A program made the translations under genes and the position numbers. From Lama glama (Eukaryota): DNA of 64,000 nt. Each line of letters begins with the position of its first letter. Position 1 is the first letter of the stretch. This document shows, in pieces, positions 47,521-61,090 of this stretch. The stretch covers positions 10,356,001 through 10,420,000 of the forward strand of contig CM052817.1 in NCBI GenBank assembly GCA_028534125.1, read 5' to 3'. Below the pieces are notes generated by a model. That model did no database searches, was not told the origin of the DNA, and saw nothing but the letters and a program-made list of their open reading frames with translations.

Positions 47521-49699
47521 TATTTTTAAATAAATACAGATTTTACGAACAACTAACTTTTCCTGGTTCTTGACCCAAAGGTCAGCAGGGTCTCATCCTC
47601 ACCCAGAGAAGAAAAGACGGACCCTGATGGCTTTGAAGAGTATCTCTGTGCCCATCTGTTCGGCACGCCAGGAGCCCGCCTTCCACGGTTGACCCTCAGA
47701 CTCTGATTAACCCCTCTTCTTCCAGGTGGTTCCAAGGCTCTTTCCCTCATCCGGAATGCTCTTCTTTCTCCCCTCTGTTCTTTCCATCCTCCCACATTTC
47801 TCCTTGAGTCAGACTCAGCTTTGGTACAACCTCTCCCAGACACTCTCCACTGATCCCATGGGCTGAGGTGTAATGATCTGTTTACTAATCTGTCTCTTTT
47901 ATTTGACTGTCAGCTCTTTGAAAGCAGGAGCACCCTATTCTTCACAAAGAGCACAGCAAAGTGGGTCGGGGGCAGAGATGTGATGCTCTGGAGATTAAGA
48001 GCAAGGACTAGGATTTTTAGAAGATTCAAGGCATAGAGTGAGACCCCAAAACTTGTGTTTGGAAGCAAATGAAGAAAATAGAAACATGGTATCCTATTTG
48101 ATTAAGAGGTATTAGAGTGTCAAAACCTTATGGGTTCTATAACCAATTTTATTCAGTTGTGCCCAAAACTGATCTAGGAGCTTGATGCCCACTGTTCTTC
48201 TGATTTGGAGCAGTGTCTAGATACCATGAAGCCAACAAGAAAACAATTCCTAAGAGTATCTTGCAGCCTTAGGGTCTTTGCAAACTTTTTTCTAGTTTCA
48301 TCTAAATGCCCAGTCACCAGCTTTTAGGGGAGCTCAGGGGTTTAGTGTTGAAGACTAATTCATGATGGAGGCAAAGCAAGTGTCCTGCACAGGAGAGGAC
48401 TTGTAAGTGTCTCAGGCGTTGACTCTTAACAAGTCCACCTCCACTTGTCCTTTGAGCAATTTTCTGCTGCATGAGTTGGAAAACAAGAAGGGCTTCCCCT
48501 CTTCCTCTTAGAAGTCCCCATACAGTCTGCAGTCCATCAGGGAGTCCTGCTGATGCAGCCCTTCAAATAAATCTGGAGATCATCTCCACTGTTATGGCTC
48601 TGGTCCAAGTCCTGTCATCTTTCATGTGGATTTTTGCAACAGCCTCCTAACTGGGCTCCTATTCCCACCTCGTCAACCTTCTATCTGGTCCCAACACCAC
48701 AGCCCATCTTCCAGCTCAGACTCAGTCAGACCGTGGCCCTTCTCTGCTGAAGTCCTGCAATGACACCTAGAGTGGAAACTCCCGTTGTCTCAGGGGTCTA
48801 CCTAGTCCTGGAAGCTGTACCCTGGAAGCCCTGCCCCTGGAAAGGGTTAGAAAAATCACCTGCATGTGGCCTCAATGCCATTAAGCTCATAGCTAAAGTA
48901 GGAATATGGCAGACTCTGACTGACATGGTGGTTTCTTTCTAAAACAGTCACAAAATATTTTGCAGACAGGCAGCACAGCACAAATGGCAGAATGGCTGAA
49001 ACCAGCTGAAAATTCAAATGATGCACAAGTCATACCAAACGTCTGGGCTAGTCACCTTGTGCGGGGGATGTTCTCTTTGCTCTTTTCAGAGCTCATCCAA
49101 CTGTATCTGCAGGACTTTGGTACCGATGGAGACAACAAGATTTCTTAAACAAGATGATATCCTTTGGTGTGTACAAGCTTTAGAGCCAAAGATCTAAGTT
49201 CATTTTTTTCCTTCACTATTTACTTACCCAAGTAAGTTAGGATAAATTCCCTTGACCTCACTCTCCCCGAATGTGAGATGGGATAATAATGCTTACTTTC
49301 GAGGCTCATATTCACTCAATCCTATTTATCACTTTCTGCCAGAAGCCTGCTTAAGCTTCTAACAGAATCAATCTCCCTCTCTTCTGCAATCTCTTTCTCT
49401 ACTCATAATAAATTACCAATGTGTTTATCATCCCTTCTTATTTGTTTTGCATGTCTGCCTTCTCAAGACCATGAGTTCCTGGGGAGCAAGGAGCATGTCT
49501 TATTCATCTCTGTATTCTCAAACTGGTAACGTTTATTGAATAAATGTGTGAATGAGCTCTCAGGCAGAATGGAGGGTATATTTCCTGTATGAAAATTAGT
49601 TATGATTTTTATTTCCAAGAGATTTTCCTTGATTACCTTGGTAAATGGTATCAGTGTGCTAGAAGGAAAGGAACTGCTGTAGTTTCACAAGAGAAGGAA

Positions 49700-50420
49700 A
49701 ATACTAATGAGAAACCATCTCCTATTAGTAAGATTGGAGAAAAATCCCAGTACGGACTGTTGACAAGGATGAATGTAGTGGGGACTCTCATGCGCTGTTA
49801 GTGGGAGAGTAAACTGGTATAACCCTTTTGAAATATCAAGCTTTAGAGGCACACGGCATTTTACCAACAATTCTACTCCTGGGTATATGCCCTTGAAAAA
49901 TTGTGCATGAAGATATTCACAGCAGCAGAGCATGGCAGTAAAATCGGAAACTCTCTAAATGCTCATCAATAGCAAAACAGACATGTAAGTTGTGGCGTAT
50001 TTCTGCAAGACAACTCCTGACAGCTGTTTAAATAAATAAGAACTACACATATTCCCATAAATAAGTCTCAAAATCAAAAGACTGAGGAAAAAAGTTGTAA
50101 AAGGATGTGTACTGTACAGAACTCCATTTATACGGTTTAACAATAGAAAATAAAGCCATATATTATTTCTGGACACAAACATATATAATAAAGTATCAAA
50201 TTATGCAAATAATGGTAAGCATCAAATTTTGGATGGTGGGGAATGGAAAGAGGGAAATGGAGTTGAAGAGAGGTCTTCGAATGCACTGGTAATGTGGTTA
50301 CTTCCCAAATAAAAAGACTGCAAGAAAATATATCAGAACTCTAGGATTTTTTAAAAGTTGGGTTGTAGGTGTGTGATCATTACATTCACCTTAAAATATT
50401 TCATAACATCTTTTAAAAAG
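49700..50420 (+). mobile_element. Ancient L1 (L1M/L1ME-like) 3' relic
   Basis: gtgggagagtaaactggtataaccc, caattctactcctgggtatatgccc, aaatgctcatcaatag. Confidence 0.7.
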
Positions 50421-51031
50421 AGTTAAGAAAAAATTTAATCTTAACTGTGGAAATTGCATGTCAGCTAATTATTTTCAAGGCACTGTGGGAAACACACTTA
50501 GCAAGCTTATCGAGTCCGTAGATTCCATTGAACAAGTTCCAAAATGGACCCGCTCCATTCGATGGCCTGAATATCTTTGAAACCCATCCCCTCCTTTCTG
50601 TTCCCACTGGGTGTTGCCTTCTTCACGATCTCAGCCTTCCGCACTATGGAAGCCCCCTAACCTCTTTCCTGGCCTCCAGTCTCTGCCAAGCAACCAGGGA
50701 GTCTCACTAAACCAATAGCTCTTAAGCTTGGCTACACATTGAAATTGCTTTGGAAGCTTAAAAATTATACTGATGTCTGGATGTACTCCAAAAGGTTCTG
50801 AATCAATTGATCTGGGACAGTCTAAGGATCTGGAGTTTTAACAGCACCCTCCCCAAGTGATTACTACAATATTCAGTGGAGTTTAGAGAAATGTTCTAAA
50901 CTCACAAATACGAGTTTATAAGAAGTCCCTCACCTATTAAAAGATCTCAGTGACTATGGGATGGTCCAGATTCCTTAGTGCGGCCAATGGTGATGCTTTG
51001 CTAATACCCCAACCTGAATTTTTAAATACAT

Positions 51032-51531
51032 NNNNNNNNNNNNNNNNNNNNNNNNNNNNNNNNNNNNNNNNNNNNNNNNNNNNNNNNNNNNNNNNNNNNN
51101 NNNNNNNNNNNNNNNNNNNNNNNNNNNNNNNNNNNNNNNNNNNNNNNNNNNNNNNNNNNNNNNNNNNNNNNNNNNNNNNNNNNNNNNNNNNNNNNNNNNN
51201 NNNNNNNNNNNNNNNNNNNNNNNNNNNNNNNNNNNNNNNNNNNNNNNNNNNNNNNNNNNNNNNNNNNNNNNNNNNNNNNNNNNNNNNNNNNNNNNNNNNN
51301 NNNNNNNNNNNNNNNNNNNNNNNNNNNNNNNNNNNNNNNNNNNNNNNNNNNNNNNNNNNNNNNNNNNNNNNNNNNNNNNNNNNNNNNNNNNNNNNNNNNN
51401 NNNNNNNNNNNNNNNNNNNNNNNNNNNNNNNNNNNNNNNNNNNNNNNNNNNNNNNNNNNNNNNNNNNNNNNNNNNNNNNNNNNNNNNNNNNNNNNNNNNN
51501 NNNNNNNNNNNNNNNNNNNNNNNNNNNNNNN
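51032..51531. other. Assembly gap (500 N)
   Basis: Run of exactly 500 N; flanks 50833-51031 and 51532-51730 are identical. Confidence 0.99.
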
Positions 51532-51894
51532 GAGTTTTAACAGCACCCTCCCCAAGTGATTACTACAATATTCAGTGGAGTTTAGAGAAATGTTCTAAAC
51601 TCACAAATACGAGTTTATAAGAAGTCCCTCACCTATTAAAAGATCTCAGTGACTATGGGATGGTCCAGATTCCTTAGTGCGGCCAATGGTGATGCTTTGC
51701 TAATACCCCAACCTGAATTTTTAAATACATCATTTAAGACTTTCCACCCTGATCCCTTCTGCACCTGGGTATGTGTACATACACGTGTACACCGTGTACA
51801 CATATATACTCACAAACACACACTGCATCTACTCTAACCATAACTGTACCATTTCCTGCCTTCCGAATACACCATGTTCTTTCATGTTTCCAGA

Positions 51895-52251
51895 TGTTTT
51901 AGTTCACCTGGGCTGCTGTAAACAAGACACCACAGACCGGGTGGCTTGTGAATGACAGACATTTATTTCTCAGTCTGGAGGTCGAAGGCCAGGCTCAGGG
52001 CACCTACGTGGTCTGGTGAGGGTCCTCTTCTGGACTGCAGACTGCTGACTCTTCTTGCAGGGTCCTCACGTGGCCAGAGGGGCTAGGGAATCTCTCTGAA
52101 GCCTCTTTTATGAGAGTATTAATCCCCTTCATGGGGATTAGTGGAACCCTCATGACTTAAACACCTCCAAAGTCCCCACCTCCTAATACCAGTATCTTTG
52201 GGGGAGTCAACAAACAAATTTGTGGGGGACACATGTATTCAGACCATAGCT
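51895..52251 (-). mobile_element. MaLR (MLT1A-like) solo LTR
   Basis: ctgggctgctgtaaacaagacaccacagaccgggtggcttg...atttatttctcagtctggagg...ccccacctcctaatacca...attcagaccatagc. Confidence 0.85.
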
Positions 52252-54369
52252 CCCCCTGTGCATATTCTGTTCCCTCTGCCTGGAATGGCCGATCTCTCCT
52301 TTCCTGACTGCCAAGCTTCTGTTCATTTTCAAATACCTGTTTCAATGCCCCTCTACCAGGAAGCTTTCTATGATCCTCCAACAGAACGGTTCTCCCCTCC
52401 AAGCTCACAGGACAGTAGGGGTATAGATAGCTTCACTACAACACTCGTGATGTGTAAGTGTCACTTAGATTTCTGTCTCCTCCTTCACCACTGAGCCTTT
52501 TGAGACATGGCCTACAGACTCTCTGTCATAGGCCCCCAACCACTTCCTGTCCCCCAGTCCCCCATGTCCCTAGTGTGTAATCTCACATCACCCTCCCTCT
52601 CACTCCACTCGCCAGCCATTGGCCTTCTTTCTCGTCCTGCCACGGAGTCTTAGGCAGGACTAGTCCCTGAGTCTCTAAAGCTCTTCCTCTGCTCCCCCTA
52701 GTTCAAATCAACTCATCCTTAAAACTCAATCCAAGCATCGCCTTCTCAGGGAAGCCTTCTGAGATCTCCCCTAGATGGGTGAGTTTACTTGATTATATTC
52801 ACTCATAAAATTTTATTCCTTTCCAAGGTGGAATTTAATTAGAAATACACACACATTTGTGTGAGACTATTTAGTAAATGTCTCTCTTTCCCACAATAAG
52901 CTGTAAGAACAGGAATGCAACTTACCCCTGCTCGCCCCTGTAAATCCAGCACCACACCTGGCACCCAGCAGGTGACCTAAAACATTGGCTACAAGAGTCA
53001 GTGAATGCCCAGCACATAGTAAGTGCTCAGCGTATTTTGGTCATTTCTGCTAAGCCTGGTGAGAGCAGCAATACATCTTCATTTTCGTAATCCCCAGGCT
53101 TTGGAACACAGTGAGCATTCAATAAGAGATTGTTTCATGTATTATCAAAGCTAATGACTAGTCCTTTGGCTTCATCTAATAATCAGCATTTTAAGTATAT
53201 CAAAGGTATTTTTCTCTATCATAAAACCATAGACAATAAAGACTTTGTTCACATAGTCATTGCCACAGCTAGAAATTGCCTAAAGCCACTGGGAAATTAA
53301 TAAGGAAATGATGGTTTTCAGAGAGGTGAAAGACCTTTAATGAGAGAAAACCTAAGTGAACATATGTAGTTAGAAGTTGAATCAACTACATGTAAATATA
53401 GTTGGAGAAAACACGATTATAAATGCTTTTTTTAAATGAGGCAGTCTCCTTACCAATTTGTAGTTATACTTAATAAGGTCAGTCCAAAAATAAATATTTT
53501 TAAGAAAGGGGAAATAGCATAAGAACATTACTTAGACTCAAATTTGGGGGAAGGCAGATTCTAGAGTTTTCTAGAAAACTCTATGTCCAGAAAACCTAAG
53601 TTAAACTGCATTAATTAAATTTTTAAAAAGTAACTCTGTGTTAATATTATCATATCCAGAGATTATTCCAGAGAGTCATGTTAAAACTGTGTAAACAGTT
53701 CCTTTTCATAAAGAATTTACAGAATTTTCATAAGCAGACAAATCTCCCTCAGGATTCCGGCATTGGCTCCTATGTGTACCTCTGAACATTAGAACATTTT
53801 TTAGTATTAAAAACCTATATGCCATGTTTCAAGAGGCTCTTTGGGTGCATGCACCATATTACAAAGCACAGTGCTATTGAAAACATTTAAAATCATCTGC
53901 TCAGAGATTCTAAAACAGCACAACAGAAAGACTGGAAGGCAGTCATATTACTTTAGATTTGATTCTAGACACCAAATATTCCTGAAGGAGAAATACCCAC
54001 GGATTCCCTGAAGGTCCCAAGTCAGGGATGTTGTTCTGGAAGCTCTCCAGATGCTTCCTCTTAGAATTCAAAGTCCTGACAAGGAATTTCAATGCGTAGC
54101 AAAATAGACAAAATGCTCAACTGATGGAATTGTCTAAGAATTAACACTCTTGCAGTGCTATGGCTGGGCCCCAGGCTCTCTCCTCTCCCTTTCTTCCTGG
54201 GCTTCATCCTTCATGACGATCCACAAGGTTTTAATTACCAGGTAATCAAGTATTCATATTAATGATAATGAACTAAAAACAGAGGATGTAGGTGCAAAGT
54301 TATTAAGAAATGGAAAAAATATACATATCTATATCCATATCCAAAATGCAGATACACATGCACATACAA

Positions 54370-55960
54370 CATATACATGCAAAGAAAAATCTTAAAATAT
54401 TACCAAAGGACACAAAAAGGACCTTAATATTGGAAAGACTATTCAGTGATTAGAAAGACCAAACATCATAATGCTAGCAATTCTCCTAATGTTAATTAGT
54501 AAATTTAACAGGATTCCAGGAGAAACCCAGTAAATTTATTTTTTAATTAGATAATCTAATTCTAAAGTTTAGATTAAAAAATAAAGATTTAAGAATTCCA
54601 TAAAAAGCATAATGATGTGATATTAATTCTACTAGATACCAAAGGGTATTACAAAGCAACAGTAATGTTTAAAGTGTGGTATTGTATAAAAATTATAAAG
54701 ATGAGTTAACAGAACAGAAATTGGGGTCCAGAAAAGGAATTAAATATTTCAGGCAAGGTAAAATATGCTAGATCAGTATTTCAAATTAGTGGGAATAATA
54801 TGCATTAATCAACTACTGGTGTTTGGACAACTGTATAATTAAATAAATTCCTCACATTTTATACCCCCCAAATTCCACGTGGATCAATTAATTAAACATA
54901 AAAAAGTCCTTAATTTTAAAAGCGGCCTTAGAAAGCATAGAAGAATGTATTTTCAATATTATTAGCTCCAAGGGGGCTAATACTAAATACGAAATGCAAA
55001 CAGAAGACATACAGCAAGCACTGGTTCATTTAACATTCCCACCCCCCCCAAATCAAGGATAAAACAACCTTGTAGAAAATTTAAGAAAACCCTACAAGCT
55101 TGTAATGTAATTTCAATTATATCACAACAAAGTGTGTGCTTTCTTAAAATATAAGAAAAGAACAAGCCAAAAGAAAAATGGGTAAATTATACGAACAAAT
55201 AATTCACAAGAAAGGAAATACAAATGACTCAAGTATATGAGAAGATAATAAATCTCTCTTGTAATAAGAGAATGCATATTGCAGCGAAAATGAGATACCA
55301 TTTTTCATATATAATATTGAAAAATAGAAAAATTTGATAACCTTTAGTAGTTGAAAACTGCGGAAAACAGTCATTTCATGGGCTGCTGGGGAAACTGAAG
55401 CTTGGTACAGCCTCTATGTTGAACAACTTGACAATATCTACCAAAATTACAATGTATGCGCTTTTGGACCTGACAATTTCTCTTCCAGGAATTTCTACTA
55501 CAAATTTAGTCTTTTACTTGCTCCTGTGTAAAGTCAGAGAAGATATTTGCACATCATTGCTAATGATAGAAAAAGATTAGAAACAACTTAAATGTCCATG
55601 AATAAAGCACTTGTAAAGCAAATTAAGCTATATCTCTAGAGTGACATATGTCTTTAGGATGTATCTCTGCTGATTTTATAAGGAATGTCACTGCTCAACA
55701 CTTAGAATCGTATGCATAGTATATTACTATTTGCAATGCACGTGTATGTGTGTGTGTGTATGTGTGTGTTTAAAGCAATATATGCTTATAATATATGCAT
55801 AGAATATCCTAGAAAGAAAATGCAGGAGACTGGCAATGTTGGTTACCTCCAGGGAGAGGAATTGAGAGGTTGAAGCTAGATGTGAAAAGTATGTATTTCT
55901 AAAGGTTTTTACATGTTTTGAATTTTGTAGTATATGGACAAGTTATCTATTCAAAATGTA
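54370..55960 (+). mobile_element. Ancient LINE-1 relic (ORF2 3' part and 3' UTR)
   Basis: A-rich and degenerate, with L1 motifs (aaagcaacagtaatgtttaaagtgtggtattg, aatgagataccattttt, gaaacaacttaaatgtcca). Confidence 0.75.
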
Positions 55961-58083
55961 AATAATTAAGTTTTTAATGAGATAATGAGTGTTAAGTAAG
56001 TGACTTGCAGTACATGGCACAGGATTGCCAGGCTATAAATGGCTGTTATATTTGCTATTATAATGTTAAATAGGAATTGGATGATGATGGTGGAAAATAG
56101 AAAAATCATGGAGTCAAATGATTGTTTTTCTTGGATATGGGGATCCCTGTCCCTCAATATAAAGATGACCCATACGAAATAGCCAATATTTAACAATGTT
56201 TGATCTGCAAAAAGAGAGATTTCATACAATTCAGCCCCAAATTACTTTTGTCTGTGTAAATTAGACTGTAGGTGATAGTGACAATAACAGTGGCCATCAG
56301 TTCAATTATTGCTTGCCGTCTAAACCCATCTGGTTTCCAAATTTGGTGAGTTGGAATAATGGGGATACTGAACTACTTGAACCAATTCGGTTCCCCAGTT
56401 TCGGATAGTGAGTAGCTTGAATTGGATAAGGAAGAGTTTATTTAAACATTTTTCCTGAATTCATTGATTCCTCAATTAGGATAACAAGAGTTTGAACACT
56501 GAGGGTTGGGATAGTGAGTGAGGGGGTAACAATTTTTACAAAAAACCACAAAGCACACATATAAAACCTTACAGCTTACAAAGCATTTTCGTGTAAGTGG
56601 CCTCATGTATTCTTTAATCTTTTAAGGTGTTATCCCTCCTCCCTCCCCATTTTACAAAAGGGAAACTGTTTCTGCTTTTAATTGCAAGCCAGTGCTAACC
56701 TACCCAACACAATTAGTGTTGAGGGAATTGACAAAGGATGAGACCCACAGCCAGGGCATGACCCCTGCTCAATGGTAAGACTAGTTTCACTTTCTCTCCA
56801 AAGCAAACACTTGTCCTTCCTGCTTCCCATCTGTTAGTGCAGTACCCAGAGTCCTAAAGCTCAGAAGTTGTGAAAATGGTAAGGTTGCTACCATTTTGCA
56901 TGTTTGTAAATCCTGTTAGTCAACATCAAGAAAACTAGCATTTTTCCACTTGAGTCTCCTCCTCATGGTAAAATTATGCAAGAATACAGTAAATGACCAC
57001 AAATGTCTTCTGTAGGTAAAGCAAAGGTAGAATCCAAGAGGGACATTAGGAAAGGAAGTAAGAAAAACAATTCCTTTGATCAGTTCCTAAGGCTCCAGAT
57101 TCTTTTTTCCTATAAAAGCCATATTGTGAAGTTCCTGGAGTTGAGTTCTGTTCTTATACCAAAAGCTTCCATGATGATCTATGGCAACCTTGAACCAAAA
57201 AGGTCACTTCATCGCTACCTTATTTCACAAAGCTTGGGAAATAGACAAGAAGAGAAGCGGAAGAAAGTAGCTGACTTCTCAGGTAGACTGCCAGGCTCAT
57301 GCTATGACTGAACTAAGAAAAGTTTTATGGAAATCAGAAGCAACATGTATGAGATTCTCATGAGCCTAGAAAAATTTAGTATTAAATAGACAGTCTGCTG
57401 GCTAGAGACCAGAGCAGAATCTTGGCATGCAGTACGGGCTCAGTAAACATTTGTGACTTGAATAGATATGAATGAATCTTGCAAATGGAAGATCAAAACC
57501 AGAAACCATCTTATACTAACAGGAGGGTAGACGTGGGTCAGCCTCAAACCTCTTGGGTTTGTTTCCTCATTTCTAGCATAGGATTAATTAATTTGTTTTA
57601 TTTGTGGTATTTGCTAGTATTTCTATTTTGTATTCCCTCTTTTTAGAATGTTTGAGTAGAAGTCCTTAGAAGTCATGCTTATCTCCCTTGTTTTATAGGT
57701 GTGGAACATTTATCAAATAAAGTTAATGACGTCCCTCAACTACTCTCACAGACAGGGCTGTTTATGAATTGCAAATAAGAACATTAAATCCTCAGAGGAA
57801 AGTGCTACAGGTGTTCAGTCACTGATGTCAAGGATGGTTAACAGCCTTCACATAAGTGTACTCAAGTATTCCAAGGCAACACTTGGATATGGGATTTTAT
57901 AAGTGGTTTGCTCTTTAAAACTTCCAACTCATAAAGGAGCACATCTCAAGTTCAGCAGACTTAAAATTACTGGTTCTCTATTCAGGGAAGAAGAAAAAAG
58001 AGTCCTGCTTTCAAAACACCTATACAAGGAAGAAGATTCACTTATAAACATATGTTTCTATTCAGGGAAGAGGATTCACTTAT

Positions 58084-58318
58084 GATGCAAAAATTCTCAA
58101 CAGAATACTAGCAGATCGACTAACGATACATTAAAAGGATCATACACCACGATCAAGTGGGATTTATCCCAGGGATGCAAGGATTTTTCCATATCCACAA
58201 ATCAATCAGTGTGATACACCACATTAACAAACTGAAGAACAAAAACCCCATATGATCCTCTCAATAGATGCAGAAAAAGCTTTTGATAAAAGTCAACATC
58301 CATTTATGTTAAAAACTT
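58084..58318 (+). mobile_element. Internal LINE-1 ORF2 reverse-transcriptase fragment
   Basis: With two frameshifts it reads DAKILNRILA / [40 protein letters not shown] / [23 protein letters not shown], typical L1 RT sequence. No 3' UTR or poly(A). Confidence 0.93.
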
Positions 58319-58650
58319 TCTCAAGTTGAGTAGACTTAAAATTATTGGCTCTCAATTCAGGGAAGAGGAGACAAGATTCCCACTTTCAAAACACTTACAT
58401 TCCAATGACAGGCATGAGAGGCAGGGAAGCAACAGAAAGGTAAAACTGATACTTCAAGGAAATTCAACTGATGAAAAATGCTATAAGGAAGAGGGCCGGG
58501 TAAGGAGGCGATAGAAAATAACTGGGGTGAGGACGCCACGCCAGACAGGCTGACCAGGAAGGACTTCTTGGAGTAGGTGATGTGTCCTGAGATCTGAATA
58601 AGAGGGAGTCAGCCATGCAAAAATCTGGCCAGAATATCCCAGGCAGTGGG

Positions 58651-58722
58651 AATGACGATGATGATGATGATGGTGGCGGTGATGAAGGTGATGATGGTGA
58701 TGGTGATGATGATGGTGATGAT
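58651..58722. repeat. (GAT/GGT)n trinucleotide repeat at the end of a MIR
   Basis: atgacgatgatgatgatgatggtggcggtgatgaaggtgatgatggtgatggtgatgatgatggtgatgat. Confidence 0.9.
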
Positions 58723-58900
58723 AAAATAGCAAATGTTTATTGAGGACTTACTATGTGCTAGGAGTTATTCTAAGCACCAGTGCCATTTCATTTAACCCTC
58801 TCACTGAATCACCGATATAAGGGACTATCACTATCCCCATTATATTGATGAGGAAACTGAGGCACAGATAGGATAGAGACTTGCTAAGGTTCTATTGCTA
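58723..58900 (-). mobile_element. MIR SINE relic
   Basis: atgtttattgaggacttactatgtgctagg...tatccccattatattgatgaggaaactgaggcacaga. Confidence 0.8.
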
Positions 58901-60361
58901 GATAAATAGTTTGATACAGCAAGGACAGAGGCTCTGCCATAGGGAGGAACTCAGTATACTGGAAAAGCAAAAATCAGGCCAGGGGACTGGCGCCTGCTAT
59001 GAGATGAAGTTGGGGAGGTCGGGTCCCATAAGGCTGTGCAGACCAAGCTAAAGATTCTGGATTTTCACCTGATGGTTTTAAGCAGACAGTTTTAAGGTGC
59101 ACCTCAGAGGAATGACATGCCTCGATCTATGTTTTTAAAATGTGTTCAGGCACGAGGGATAGTAGTCTGGGTGTAGTGACAGGCATGAAAGTTTGGGAGA
59201 TGAGCAATGAACCTGAGGCCTGGGATTCGGGAGAAGTCTGAGGATGGAAGATGTCATGGGACAAGTCCTGTTAGGGCTTTGGCCTCCCTGAGTGTTCAAT
59301 GTTCTCCATTGTTGACAATTGTATGATGATAACTTGGCAAAAGAGCTTGTTTATCTCAGTGGAAATGCCTGGCCTCATTCAGGTCTTCAACCCGGCTCTT
59401 GTTAGGAGGTGACAATTCTGCAGCTGACAGTATGGACGGCACCAGGCCAGCATGGGATCGATCCCATCCCAGCCTGGTGAATGACCTTAGATGAGTTCCA
59501 CCTTCTTCTTCTGTAAAATGGGGCCACTAACACCTACTTCCCAAACTGCTTGTAAGGCTTAAATAAACCAAAGATTGTGTCTTGTCCACAGTAGATATTC
59601 AACAATACCAGTTCACTGCCCTCTCTTCTCCTTTGGGATGTGTGTGGTGGACATTTTAAACTTGACTGTTTTCTCTTCTTTATGGTACACATCTATAGCC
59701 ATGTCCAAGCTCGTTATGAAGATCAGGACTGGGGAGTTTACCTTATCTGCCTTCTCCCCATTTACATATTTGTTTATTATCTACCTACTCTGTGCCTTGA
59801 ACTCTGCTAGGGACAGATGATCAGGTCATGCGATCTAATTACAGTGGCTAACTCTGAAGGACGTGAGTTTTCTGTGGGCAGTAAGAGGTGTGAAGCAAGA
59901 GCATCAGAGACCTGGCACAGGGCAAGGTCTCAAGTCTCAGAGCTAAGCAGTGAAACTTATTAGCCCCTTTGCACATTTCAGGCCACTTCCCTGCCTGTGC
60001 TCTTAAATTAAAATAAATTCAAATAGCTCTCCCTTTGCCTGCATTTTCTTGACATACTTTTTTACCCATTCAACACAATTAGGAAGGCTATTTCTCAGGA
60101 CGATGAACTCTGGGCTCCATCCTGCACTTAACTTTGCAAACTCTCAGTCTTTCCTCAGCAGGCTGCCAATTTCCCACCTAACCATCTCCCCTGATACTCA
60201 GTGTCTTGTTCAACAACAATTTCTTTCTCTTTCTCTACTGCCTGAGACTGGGGAATTACTTTTTTTAATCCCAGCCCTATTTGTACCTTTAAGGCCAAGA
60301 ATTTTAGAAGCACATGTGGCTCTGAAATTGTTTTCAGTTAGGATTGCTCTGTTAAAATACT

Positions 60362-60480
60362 ATTTTTGTTTGTTTGTGTGCGTGTATATATATACATGGA
60401 TTTATTTATTGATTTATTTATTGATTTATTTATTTATTTATATTGAAGTATAGTTGATTTACAATGTTGTGTTAGTTTCT
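60362..60480 (-). mobile_element. Very short L1 3' tail with (TTTA/TTGA)n
   Basis: tttatttattgatttatt...attgaagtatagttgatttacaatgttgtgttagtttct. Confidence 0.75.
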
Positions 60481-60875
60481 TCTTTTAATGTTCTGGTAGC
60501 CATTCCCTTTGGCTTGACTTTAGAAATCACTGTTTTCTGGACACTGGGATGTCTCTATGCTATGGTTACTTTACTTCTTTAAGAGTCAAATGCTTTAATT
60601 CCCTTATCATGTGGTCCTGGTCATATGTACTACTTTTCCATCTCCAAACACAATTAAAAGTGCCCTTTGAGTGTTCCAAATTTTAATCATTCTGTGTGGG
60701 GAGTGTTCCCATGGCTCAGAAGGCCTCTCTGCCTCCTTTCAGATAGAGCCCCTTCTCCGAGGAGGGGGAGGGGGAGTAGGAGGAGGCAGAAGAGGGGAGT
60801 GGGAAAGTCAGAATGAGGTATGACAGATGATAACTTTGTTTCAGGGACCAGATCCCTCACTCTTTTTTTTTTTAA

Positions 60876-61090
60876 CATTACTATATATAAAAGCGATAAA
60901 CAACAAGGACCTACTGTACAGCACAGGGAACTATATTCAATTTCTTGTAATGAGCCATAATGGGAAAGAAACTGAAAAAATATATATGTATGTATATGTA
61001 TGTATAACTGAATCACTTTGCTGCACACCTGAAACTAACATTGTTAGTCGACTATACTTCAATAAAAATAATACTAATAAAAAAATAAAA
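60876..61090 (+). mobile_element. 5'-truncated LINE-1 3' end
   Basis: ctatatataaaagcgataaacaacaaggacctactgtacagcacagggaactatattcaa...ctgaatcactttgctgcacacctgaaactaaca...tatacttcaataaaaa. Confidence 0.9.

Noticed and set aside
50950..51837. Long X-containing ORFs and a duplicated 'MTMGWSRF' ORF
   Set aside because: Artefacts of the N gap and its duplicated flank.
58481..58732. Poly-histidine ORF
   Set aside because: Translation of the (GAT/GGT)n microsatellite next to a MIR.
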